From contig JBHLSH010000022.1 of NCBI GenBank assembly GCA_048881705.1, positions 11,928-45,438 on the forward strand: DNA of 33,511 bases. The letters run 5' to 3'. Source of the stretch: Candidatus Heimdallarchaeota archaeon (GTDB lineage: Archaea; Asgardarchaeota; Heimdallarchaeia; Hodarchaeales; Hodarchaeaceae). The notes under the pieces were generated by a model that did not search any database, had not been told where the DNA came from, and saw only the letters and a list, made by a program, of their open reading frames with translations. A program made the translations under genes and the position numbers. Positions within the stretch are counted from its first letter, which is position 1. Each line of letters begins with the position of its first letter. Below are positions 17,716 through 26,385 of this stretch, piece after piece.

Positions 17716-18501
17716 ATGAAATTGTATCCGAAAATATCACGTCATCCGTTAGGTGTCTTAAAGTCATTACTTGTGATTTCGGATTGGATCCATTTTGCTG
17801 ATCCCGAAACCTCATCCTGGTCGTACAGAAATCAGTCTGTTACTTCAGTAGATCAAGCTGTGTGTATCTTCATCCCAGTAGATTTTAACCGTCTCATCGA
17901 AAATGGCACAACTTATCTTCTGTTGTATGGAGCAGGAATTTATTGGACTCAATTCGTTATTACACAAGGGATATCGACAGATTCACGTTTTCTTTCAGCC
18001 TTGGTGGTTAAGGAGGAGAAATGGCTAAATAATCATTTCAACACTGAACCTTTTGTTTTTCCTCCTGATTTTCCTGGAATCGTCTCGGAAGAGATGCAAG
18101 AATTTCCATTCGCTGCATTACAAAAACAGAACGATACCGCTAGTTACGGGAGGCGCGCATTTGGAAGGGGACTAATTCTAGCACAATTGGTATTTCCGTT
18201 TAAAGAGCCATTGACGATGTTACGAAAGGCGGCACAGAGTTATGAGACATTTGATTCCCCCAATGCGCCAATGAGAGTGCTGGTTTCTGGTTATGGCAAC
18301 ATTTCAAACGAAATTATTGTTGAAAATCCAGATCCAAGGTATGAACTGACAATTCCGGGGATCCGTCGTACTCGTGCCGCCTTAAGAGACGTTTTTCCCT
18401 CTCAATGGAGCAATAAACAGTACCTACAAGGGATAAAGCGTGAAACAGCAACAATTGCAAAAGATTTCGCGTATATAGGAGCACCTATGATCCTTGATTA
18501 A
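17716..18501 (+). CDS. Hypothetical protein (261 aa from ATG 17716)
   Basis: Long ORF with no competing ORF on the other strand. ATG 17716 avoids overlap with the upstream gene. No motif recognised. Confidence 0.65.
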   Translation: MKLYPKISRHPLGVLKSLLVISDWIHFADPETSSWSYRNQSVTSVDQAVCIFIPVDFNRLIENGTTYLLLYGAGIYWTQFVITQGISTDSRFLSALVVKEEKWLNNHFNTEPFVFPPDFPGIVSEEMQEFPFAALQKQNDTASYGRRAFGRGLILAQLVFPFKEPLTMLRKAAQSYETFDSPNAPMRVLVSGYGNISNEIIVENPDPRYELTIPGIRRTRAALRDVFPSQWSNKQYLQGIKRETATIAKDFAYIGAPMILD

Positions 18502-18514
18502 GGAAAAATTGAAA

Positions 18515-18892
18515 ATGGGATCAATCGAAGATAAATCTGTGAATTCGGGAACCTGGAATGAGGATCAACGTAAGTTGCTGAAATATAGCCTCTCCAACAT
18601 TATGGCAACATATGCGGATGAGCCACGATATCGATCTAAAAGGTATTTTCTTGCAACACCTTTCCACGAGGCATCTGGATACCAGCAATTTGACGTAGAG
18701 AGTAATTCTCTGGAAGAAATGCTATTTAAGGCAACGGAAATTTTGAAAACCAATGATTTTACTTCTCTGAATCTGGAAACAGAGGAGGGTATTCCGATCC
18801 TTAGAGTTCAATTACGAAAAGCAGAAGAACGGTACACCGTAATTGTCCACGACATCGTAACAGATTTAAAAGTCTGTAGTATCCTCCTTTAG
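18515..18892 (+). CDS. Hypothetical protein (125 aa from ATG 18515)
   Basis: Follows the previous gene at 13 nt. Protein-like composition, no motif recognised. Confidence 0.6.
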   Translation: MGSIEDKSVNSGTWNEDQRKLLKYSLSNIMATYADEPRYRSKRYFLATPFHEASGYQQFDVESNSLEEMLFKATEILKTNDFTSLNLETEEGIPILRVQLRKAEERYTVIVHDIVTDLKVCSILL

Positions 18893-19405
18893 TTCCTGAA
18901 TAGTCAATTGCCTTAAATCTAATCGAACTAGGACGGTACTTGCCGTTCCAAGATGATCGAACTTCTTAAAACCCCATTTTGAGTAAAATCGTCGTGCAGC
19001 TATGTTATTGTCCTGGACTCCAAGCTCAATCGCGATTTTACCGTGGCCAAGTGCTTCCCGAATTATATATTTCATTAGATAACCCCCGATATGCTGCCTC
19101 TGCCAGCCCCTTTTTATTACAATGGCTGTGATCCAAACAAGCTGGGGCTCTTCATTAAGCCAAAGGTAGCCTATGGCTTCCCCTGTGTTTTCTATGACAA
19201 AAACCCTGTGATATGAGTTTGTTATTGCTTCTGCTACATCTTCAAACCATTTTGACCAATTAAATTTGCCTCGCCAAGCTTCTACCACTATTTGCTCCAT
19301 TTCCTTGAAAGAAACTTCTTCGATAAATCCCATGTCCTCGGAAGTTGCGCGTCGCAGAATAATTTCGGGATTTTTGGAAATTAATATTGAATCAATGTTG
19401 TACAT
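18866..19405 (-). CDS. GNAT family N-acetyltransferase (RimI-like)
   Basis: ILRRATSED, IGYLW, ITAIVIKRGWQRQHIGGYLM (motif A Q/RxxGxG/A) and IELGVQDNNIAARRFYSKWGF (motif B). Confidence 0.88.
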   Translation of the reverse strand: MYNIDSILISKNPEIILRRATSEDMGFIEEVSFKEMEQIVVEAWRGKFNWSKWFEDVAEAITNSYHRVFVIENTGEAIGYLWLNEEPQLVWITAIVIKRGWQRQHIGGYLMKYIIREALGHGKIAIELGVQDNNIAARRFYSKWGFKKFDHLGTASTVLVRLDLRQLTIQELKEDTTDF

Positions 19406-19592
19406 TTTCTGCTTTCACATTTCTCTTGATTTCTTGGAATGAAGGGCTTGTACAACACCTTTTAGGATGAAATTAATAAATTGCTGCCGCCGCTCTATGA
19501 ACCTCGGCAAATGAATAAAAGAAACCGCGAGCTCTATATTAACTGCCGGCAAGACCTTCTTCTTGCCATCTCTTACATCAGGCGATTGGACC

Positions 19593-20630
19593 TTGCGCGT
19601 AAATTTCATTCTGGATATGGAAAAGAGTCTCCGTGGTAGCGGGGTATATAGTTCTGCAGTACGGTTTGCTAAGGAACTTGAAAGGCTCGGAGTTGATGTA
19701 GTTATTAATGGAAAATCCACCTCCTATGACGTTTTCCATTTCCATACCTCGTTACCACAGTCGCTACTTAAAGCTCAACTGATAAGACGGAGGAGGGGTA
19801 CTAGTACCAAATACCCTCAGATAGTCATGACTGGACATACAACAATAGAAGACTTTCATGATAGTTTTCTTTTTTCTAATAAAGTGGATTTCGCACTTAT
19901 CCCCTATTTGACGAAGTTTTACAGCCTGGCCGACCATCTGGTGGCGGTCAGCATGTATAATCGCTCAGTTCTTACGCGTTATGGTTTTAATTCAGACCAA
20001 ATCCACGTTATTTCTAACGGGATTGATTTAAACCGAATTAGTAAAAATAAGAATCTTAGAACGTTGGCAAGAAAACATCTGCAAATAAATGAAAACCAAT
20101 TTTTGATAGTAAATGTGGGGATCTGTATTTATAGGAAAGCACCTGATATGTTCGTTGATGTGGCTTTGAATACTCCTGAACATCGATTTCTTTGGGTTGG
20201 GAAGTATTGGCCGCTAGGAATTATTGCCCATTCACCATACCTTAGAGAAAAATTCCGGTTGGCAAGAGAGGCCCCAAATATCCAATTTGCGGGGTATGTG
20301 TCTCGACGGACACTAGAAGCCCTATGGAATGCTGCGGATATATTTCTTTACATGAGTAGAGAGGAAAATCAAGGAATCGCACTTTTGGAGGCAATTGCAT
20401 ATGGAAAAATTCCAATTGTCCGAAAACATCCTGTCTTTGACTGGTTAACGCATAAAAGGGACTGTTTGAAGGGCGAAATCGTTCAAGAGTTCACGGATTT
20501 GATAAGAGATCTGGGAGACCATCCTGATGAATTCCGGAAAATCCGGAAAAACGGACAGCACATCGTTCAAAATCACGACATTCAAAACTCAATTCGTGAA
20601 CTCGCAGATTTGTACGCTGAAATCTGTTAG
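19593..20630 (+). CDS. GT4 glycosyltransferase, diglycosyl-diacylglycerol synthase-like (LafB/BgsA/DGS type)
   Basis: MRVNFILDMEKSLRGSGV, HTTIEDFHDSFLFSN, YSLADHLVAVS, ISNGID, VGICIYRKAPDMF and SREENQGIALLEA. TTG at 19593 is preferred over 19563. Confidence 0.82.
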   Translation: MRVNFILDMEKSLRGSGVYSSAVRFAKELERLGVDVVINGKSTSYDVFHFHTSLPQSLLKAQLIRRRRGTSTKYPQIVMTGHTTIEDFHDSFLFSNKVDFALIPYLTKFYSLADHLVAVSMYNRSVLTRYGFNSDQIHVISNGIDLNRISKNKNLRTLARKHLQINENQFLIVNVGICIYRKAPDMFVDVALNTPEHRFLWVGKYWPLGIIAHSPYLREKFRLAREAPNIQFAGYVSRRTLEALWNAADIFLYMSREENQGIALLEAIAYGKIPIVRKHPVFDWLTHKRDCLKGEIVQEFTDLIRDLGDHPDEFRKIRKNGQHIVQNHDIQNSIRELADLYAEIC

Positions 20631-20733
20631 GTCGGGGGTCGAAGTTGGAGGTAAAAAATGTCCGGCTCACCCCATTATCGAACTATTCTTGCATCGCTGA
20701 TTTAAAACATCCATATTAGACGAGACAAACCAT

Positions 20734-23643
20734 TTATTGAATCGATCTGTTGAATCTTAACATAAATCCAACAAATATAATACTTACTAGGATGAAAAAT
20801 CCGAAACCTACTGTTCCTATGACCAGGTCGACAAGGGAATCACCATCAGCTTGAGAGATAGGTGGAGCAACCACCTCGAAGGATATTGGAGGTTGGAGAT
20901 TCCGATTCCCGATTTTAATCATGAGCGAGTAATTGCCAAGAGCCATCTCCAGATCCGTGTCAATATCTATCTTATAAACACCAGATTCTTCATAAACCAC
21001 AAGATCACCTAAGGAAGTATTGGATTCTATCAAGCCTACCAGACGTAATCCGCCAAGTAACCGGTCATTATCTGCCAATAAAACGCTGAAATTAATTGTA
21101 GTTTGATCCCCCTGCTCGATCTTGAAATCGGGAACAGACCACTGTACTGTAAGGGAGCCCTTTAGTTCAAAAACAACCTCGCTAATTGGCAAGAAAGCCT
21201 GATCGCTTACATTGAGTATGAATGGCGTCTCCCACCTAATTTTGAGGCTATAGAACCCAGGAGTAAGATGTGGGTCAATTCGATCTAGCCATAAGATGGT
21301 CTGGCCAATAGTGTTAAAATGAAACCTTTGAGCGAGATCTATTACGACAGGTGTATTATTCAGATCGTCCAAAAAGACACTGAACCTGAGATCTTTGATC
21401 GGTATGCCAATCCTTGAAGTGATATTGCGATTCGGAAAGTCATCTTCCAAATTATCATTAAAGTTGAGAAAGTCCAGGCTAATATTTCCGTCTATATAAT
21501 CGGTTAATACATATTCGGGGTTACTTGGCAATGTCTCAGCAGTGATATTAATATTAAACTTTACATCGGGTAGATTTACTGAAACATTAAGCGCTAAGGC
21601 AATTCCACCCACTCCGCCAGGCCGACTGTTATTTGAAATCAATAAGAATGAAATTAACCCCGATATATTTCCAAAAATCCCACGTTTTGGTACTTGAAAG
21701 TTCAATCCAAGAGTTGTTTTATTGTCCAAAGGAGCCGAGAAGTTTCCGTCCAAAAGAGTGTGAGCGTCCCTATCATTCGCGATAAACCCAAAAATTGTCC
21801 ATGTTATATTTTCTTCACCATGGATTGGATTTTGCCACGTGTATTCTGTCAATAGAGAGCCAATTTTCAGGAAATCAAGATCATACCACTCAGAAGGAGT
21901 AGAATTAGCCTCCAGAAATCCTAGAAGGGTTACATTATCCCCTGGTGAGATTACAGAGACTGACGTTTCCTGTTCAAAGTATTCGGTGAAAACCGAAGCG
22001 TTATTGATGGTTTGATTCGTAGATCCACGAAGAAGGTAGGTGTCCTGAATGACGAAATTCATCGCATCTTGAACAATAAAAGAGAGGTTGATTAATCTAA
22101 TTGGCTTAATTGGGATGGCCTGGTCATCTTCCTGGTGAATCTTGAAAACAAAAATCCAGGAACCGAAGTAGATCTGGTGACTCGGAAGCTGAAGGCGTAT
22201 AGTGGCGTGACTATCAGCATAACCAGTTTCATCAGGGCTATCTGCCTTGATATTGAACTGGCTGGTTAAATTCTCACGGTAACCCCGATGAAACCAAGTT
22301 GAATTAACCTCACCAAGGGTACGTTGTTGAGAAATGCCAGTTGTCTGGCCCGGTTTTGTCGCAAAATTGACAGCTATATTATCAATATTCCAATATGCAG
22401 TGGTAATATTGGTAAGATCGCTACCATCTTGAAGGATAAATCGGAATGTTTTGGCGATTGGCGGAGCCGATGCAGCCAATTCAACATCATATAGAACAGA
22501 ATCCCATTCATGAGTTCCTGATGTTAATGTAGTGTTTACCCACTTATTTCCCTTACCCCAGTATGAAAACACAAGTGTTGGCGGTACCTCCGCAAGAACA
22601 ACTTCATCCAAACTTCCAGAATAAAAACCGTCAGCTTGTGGACCAGAATCAAGACCACTGAAAGATGCACGAAGTTTTGTGGTGTTTTCGGGGGGAAGCC
22701 AACGTAAAATTTTTAGAAAAACATATCCCTTATCGTCTGTTGGCTGATTTAGGGAATCTGAAGACTGTGTAGAGCCGATAAGGTGGCCAGTGGAATTGAA
22801 AGCCTCGATTTTAAGGCGCCAATAATTTGCATTAGTTGTTCCAGTTGCTTTCGCAGAAAATGTAATTAGCCTGCCCGGAGTCCAAGACGTAATATTCTGA
22901 TATAAAATGCTTTGGCCTTCTGTGGCGTTAATTTTAGCATAACTGTTACCTTCAGAAGCATTTTCCGGTTCATTCGGTGTAGAGACATTTCCAAGGTCCC
23001 CCGACCAGTCAGATAGACCATTTTCAAATCCAGAATTATTCACGAAATTTGATCCTTGTGAAAAATAATCAAAGGATACAAGATATCTTGGATTAAAAAA
23101 TCCATAGATGGGATTACTGGGATTATAAAAGTAAATTTCATCTGGATCCAGATCAGCATCGGAAATTTTAGTCAAATTAAGAAATCCATTTGTTGCTTCA
23201 ATTGCTCCAGTCCAATTGACTGTTGCCCAATCCGGAATGGCGTTATTGTCAAATAATGGGTCCTGAAAAATATCTTGGTAACTACTATTGAAGCCAAACG
23301 CAACTTCACCAACAGGCGATTCCAGATACCATTCCAAGGAGCCATTCATATCATTTGTACGGCTGTTTGCCTCTATTTCTACCCAATCCCCAGGGGAATA
23401 TCTCTTCTTATCCGTGGTTAGATTCGTCTCTCCATCTGATACCACGATTCCTGCCTGAAGTGCGTTTCTTGACCCAGCTATGGTGTTGAGAGGAACATCA
23501 CTCCTCCCATTGGATGCCATCAGCCGCTGACTAGAGTGACTGAGTGTATCGGGAAGAATCAACGAGTAAAGCGGAATTATCAGAGTTGCAAGAATCAAGA
23601 GGATGAAAAGTAAGGAGATCGGCTTTCGGAACATTGAACTCAC
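20734..23643 (-). CDS. Large single-pass cell-surface glycoprotein (Ig/MG2-like and carbohydrate-binding-like beta domains)
   Basis: N-terminal signal/TM (LLFILLILATLIIPLYSLIL) and C-terminal TM with a short basic tail. TDKKRYSPGDWV is MG2/Ig-like and NNSGFENGLSDW is CBM4/9-like. About 35 N-x-S/T sequons by manual count. Start is GTG 23643 or ATG 23634. Confidence 0.8.
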   Translation of the reverse strand: MSSMFRKPISLLFILLILATLIIPLYSLILPDTLSHSSQRLMASNGRSDVPLNTIAGSRNALQAGIVVSDGETNLTTDKKRYSPGDWVEIEANSRTNDMNGSLEWYLESPVGEVAFGFNSSYQDIFQDPLFDNNAIPDWATVNWTGAIEATNGFLNLTKISDADLDPDEIYFYNPSNPIYGFFNPRYLVSFDYFSQGSNFVNNSGFENGLSDWSGDLGNVSTPNEPENASEGNSYAKINATEGQSILYQNITSWTPGRLITFSAKATGTTNANYWRLKIEAFNSTGHLIGSTQSSDSLNQPTDDKGYVFLKILRWLPPENTTKLRASFSGLDSGPQADGFYSGSLDEVVLAEVPPTLVFSYWGKGNKWVNTTLTSGTHEWDSVLYDVELAASAPPIAKTFRFILQDGSDLTNITTAYWNIDNIAVNFATKPGQTTGISQQRTLGEVNSTWFHRGYRENLTSQFNIKADSPDETGYADSHATIRLQLPSHQIYFGSWIFVFKIHQEDDQAIPIKPIRLINLSFIVQDAMNFVIQDTYLLRGSTNQTINNASVFTEYFEQETSVSVISPGDNVTLLGFLEANSTPSEWYDLDFLKIGSLLTEYTWQNPIHGEENITWTIFGFIANDRDAHTLLDGNFSAPLDNKTTLGLNFQVPKRGIFGNISGLISFLLISNNSRPGGVGGIALALNVSVNLPDVKFNINITAETLPSNPEYVLTDYIDGNISLDFLNFNDNLEDDFPNRNITSRIGIPIKDLRFSVFLDDLNNTPVVIDLAQRFHFNTIGQTILWLDRIDPHLTPGFYSLKIRWETPFILNVSDQAFLPISEVVFELKGSLTVQWSVPDFKIEQGDQTTINFSVLLADNDRLLGGLRLVGLIESNTSLGDLVVYEESGVYKIDIDTDLEMALGNYSLMIKIGNRNLQPPISFEVVAPPISQADGDSLVDLVIGTVGFGFFILVSIIFVGFMLRFNRSIQ

Positions 23644-23745
23644 GGTAGGGGTATGTTTTCTCGTTATCTCATTTGGCGTCTTATCTACTCGGTGTTGAAG
23701 ACGATATTGCTGAAGAAACGCTTAGAAGACGTCGGTCACGATGCT

Positions 23746-23763
23746 AAGTTTAAAACTTTTAAG
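23746..23763. promoter_or_regulatory. AT-rich quasi-palindromic TATA region between divergent genes
   Basis: AAGTTTAAAACTTTTTAA lies about 35-50 nt upstream of ATG 23797, which supports that start over 23653. Confidence 0.4.
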
Positions 23764-23796
23764 AACATCCCCACCACTTCCATTTGGAACCTAAAG

Positions 23797-25614
23797 ATGG
23801 ACCAACAAACTTTGCTGGTTCAAATCAACCAAGCTAAACAAGATCTCTACCAGACCAAATATGATAATGCAATTAAGGGGTTTATAAGGGCGATCGAGAT
23901 TTCTAGAAAAATCTCGCCCAATTTATCCGGGATTATTGGGATTTGCCATGCTTATTTGGCTGTAGCTTATGGTAAGATAGGAGAACGACAAGAATCACTT
24001 GAGAATATAACCTTGGCTGAAGCGGCTTTCTCGAATGAAACCAAGAATCCATCAGATTACGCTAAGATTATTCGAACTATTGGTAAGGAACTCCAAGATA
24101 TGATGTATTTTGATAGTTCTATCATAGGCCTTCGATTAGCCTTAAAACTTGCTCGCAATTATGAGGGAGAAGGAAAATTAGATTTAGTTTCCATTATATC
24201 GCGAGATCTTGGATTCTCTTATATGAAGGTGGGAAATCATCTTTCTGCCGCCAAATTATTCCGTATCTCAGGAGATTTGGAAGACGATGATTTTGATGCT
24301 GTCAACCTTTACCAAAATGCGGCCTACCTTTATTACCAAGAAAATAAACGAAATAAGGCGCTTAATACATTAGAAACGGCTTTTAACAAGGCAGGAATAA
24401 TAGGGAAACTCGAAATTCAGCAGGAAATTGCTCAGTTCCAATCAAGTATAGCCTATGATTTGTTTAGGGAGTCTCAGGAAAAGGAATCATTCGAAACAGC
24501 GATGGCTTATTGCGAGCTATGTCTAGAAAAACTTGAATTTCTCGGTAAAATGGAGTGGATTGTGAGAATAAGGTATGAACAAGCATTAACATATTCGCAA
24601 TTAGGCCAACGCCATCAGAGTCTTCAATTACTAAGCGAGCTTGCACTAAAGCCTCCAACCGTGGAAACTGAAGAGTATATCATAAAGGCCAATATTTTAA
24701 TGACCATTTACTCATTGGAATCTGACAAATACGGAGAAGCTACGTTTTATATCCGACAGATTTCTGAATCTCAATTTAAAAAGCTTGAGGAGACCAGACC
24801 CGAATTAACACAGAAGCTCGAGGCAATTCGCGCCTATTTAAAACGACTCGAGCGAAGAGGGCAAATCTCCACTAATATCAGATTCTCGCGAAAAAAGCTA
24901 GATCTTCCTCTAGAAGACTTGTTAAATGAGCTAGAACCAGTTCCCGAAGATCAACAGGTTTCTCCTGATTTGAAACTTTTACAGGCCCCCATCCTGGAAG
25001 TAACGCCTCCTGTAGCGAAACCGTCGCACACATATCAATCCCCAACAATCGAGACACTACAGGAATTATTTAAATCCACTGAAATCTCACAGAATGGAGC
25101 AGTTCATCCTGTCACTCCTACTATTTCCCCCAAAACGCCCCCCGTTGAAACACCCGCTTATATTGATCGTACTCGCCTGTTTAAAGCTCATCAAACCAAA
25201 GGTTCCCCAAAATCAATTGAACAGAAACGATTGACTTCGATCACGAGACAAGAACAAGCAATGCCTGAATATTCCCCAACAATAGATATGGATTCAACAA
25301 GCCAGACGCTGGATAAACGAACAGAGGTTATTACAAGACTTCAGCGCGCAGGATGGTCGATTCGTGTAAACTTTACTGATAGTTCCAGACGGACCGCTGA
25401 ACCTGACCTGATCGCTGAAAAAGGATTGATACGAAAAACACGACGTTTGGTTTTTTTTGCCGAGGATCCAACTGATGCAGAAATCTGTTCTTTCCTACTT
25501 CAATCTAGTCAAGATAGTGGTCAAAAGATAATATTCCTTCTAACTGGTGATCCCTTGGAGGCAAATATCTCTTTGGATGTCAAGATTTTCACACAGATAG
25601 ACCAGTTCTTCTGA
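23797..25614 (+). CDS. TPR/SNAP-like helical repeat protein with Pro/Thr-rich linker and C-terminal PD-(D/E)XK-fold domain
   Basis: Helical repeats (AAKLFRISGD, AVNLYQNAAYLYY), linker EVTPPVAKP...PVTPTISPKTPPVETP, and C-terminus LQRAGW...EPDLIAEKG...LVFFA. Confidence 0.7.
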   Translation: MDQQTLLVQINQAKQDLYQTKYDNAIKGFIRAIEISRKISPNLSGIIGICHAYLAVAYGKIGERQESLENITLAEAAFSNETKNPSDYAKIIRTIGKELQDMMYFDSSIIGLRLALKLARNYEGEGKLDLVSIISRDLGFSYMKVGNHLSAAKLFRISGDLEDDDFDAVNLYQNAAYLYYQENKRNKALNTLETAFNKAGIIGKLEIQQEIAQFQSSIAYDLFRESQEKESFETAMAYCELCLEKLEFLGKMEWIVRIRYEQALTYSQLGQRHQSLQLLSELALKPPTVETEEYIIKANILMTIYSLESDKYGEATFYIRQISESQFKKLEETRPELTQKLEAIRAYLKRLERRGQISTNIRFSRKKLDLPLEDLLNELEPVPEDQQVSPDLKLLQAPILEVTPPVAKPSHTYQSPTIETLQELFKSTEISQNGAVHPVTPTISPKTPPVETPAYIDRTRLFKAHQTKGSPKSIEQKRLTSITRQEQAMPEYSPTIDMDSTSQTLDKRTEVITRLQRAGWSIRVNFTDSSRRTAEPDLIAEKGLIRKTRRLVFFAEDPTDAEICSFLLQSSQDSGQKIIFLLTGDPLEANISLDVKIFTQIDQFF

Positions 25615-25689
25615 TAAGTTACTGAGAACCGAAAATCAACTCTGATGATCTATGAAATCTTTTCGTTATCTTGGGGTGATCGGGAGTTA

Positions 25690-26346
25690 TCATTTTTCTT
25701 TTTCAAACCGTGAGCTAATGATTCTATCCAATTCGTTTTGAATTTCTTCAATTGTACGATCGCCAGCTATGGGTTTTAAGACACCCAAACCCTTGTAATA
25801 TTCAATTAATGGTTTTGTCTGCCTTAGATATGTCTGTAATCTCTTTATAACGGTCTCCTCTCGATCATCAGTTCTTTGGTATAACTCGCCAGAACAGATG
25901 TCACAGATCCCTTGGATCTTTGGTGGGTTGAAGTTAATATGAAAAATGGCCCCACATTTCTTGCAGGTTCGTCTACCAGTTATCCGTTTAACAAGCGTTT
26001 TTTGCTCTGCCTCAATGAGGATGACAAGATCTACTTCCGCGATTTTTTCAAGATCTTTAGCCTGCTGCAAATTCCGCGGATAACCATCTAAAATGAAACC
26101 TGGCCTGGAGTCATCTTGAGAGATCCGAATTTTTAGTAGCTTCAGCACCACTGGATCAGGGACAAGGTTCCCAGCATCAATATATTCTTGTGCTAGTTGT
26201 CCCAATTCACTCCCGCTCTTAACAGCTGCTCTGAGAAGGTCTCCTGTACTAATCTGGGGCAGGCCAAACTTCTTTGCAATAAATTTTGCTTGGGTTCCTT
26301 TTCCTGAACCTGGAGGGCCTAGCATAACTAAAATGAATTTATCCAT
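25690..26346 (-). CDS. adk: Adenylate kinase, bacterial/eukaryote type with Zn-binding LID
   Basis: P-loop GPPGSGKGTQA, ISTGDLLR, GNLVPD, GFILDGYPR, LID CKKC...CDIC and RTDDREETV. Confidence 0.97.
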   Translation of the reverse strand: MDKFILVMLGPPGSGKGTQAKFIAKKFGLPQISTGDLLRAAVKSGSELGQLAQEYIDAGNLVPDPVVLKLLKIRISQDDSRPGFILDGYPRNLQQAKDLEKIAEVDLVILIEAEQKTLVKRITGRRTCKKCGAIFHINFNPPKIQGICDICSGELYQRTDDREETVIKRLQTYLRQTKPLIEYYKGLGVLKPIAGDRTIEEIQNELDRIISSRFEKEK

Positions 26347-26385
26347 AGTGATTTTCCATCCATCCTGGGTAGGATCCCCGGTGCC

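Noticed and set aside
19415-19720. 101-aa minus-strand ORF upstream of the GNAT
   Set aside because: It overlaps the conserved GT4 N-terminus in antisense, has no motif, and the remainder is likely promoter sequence.
20658-20705. 15-aa ORF (MSGSPHYRTILASLI) with a textbook GGAGGT SD 5 nt upstream of ATG
   Set aside because: Too short to support from sequence alone. It sits in a convergent terminator zone, and its A6 run reads as an oligo-T terminator on the minus strand. Revisit only if conserved or ribosome-protected.
23653-23796. 48-codon N-terminal extension of the TPR protein
   Set aside because: It spans the divergent promoter region including TATA-like elements; ATG 23797 fits better.
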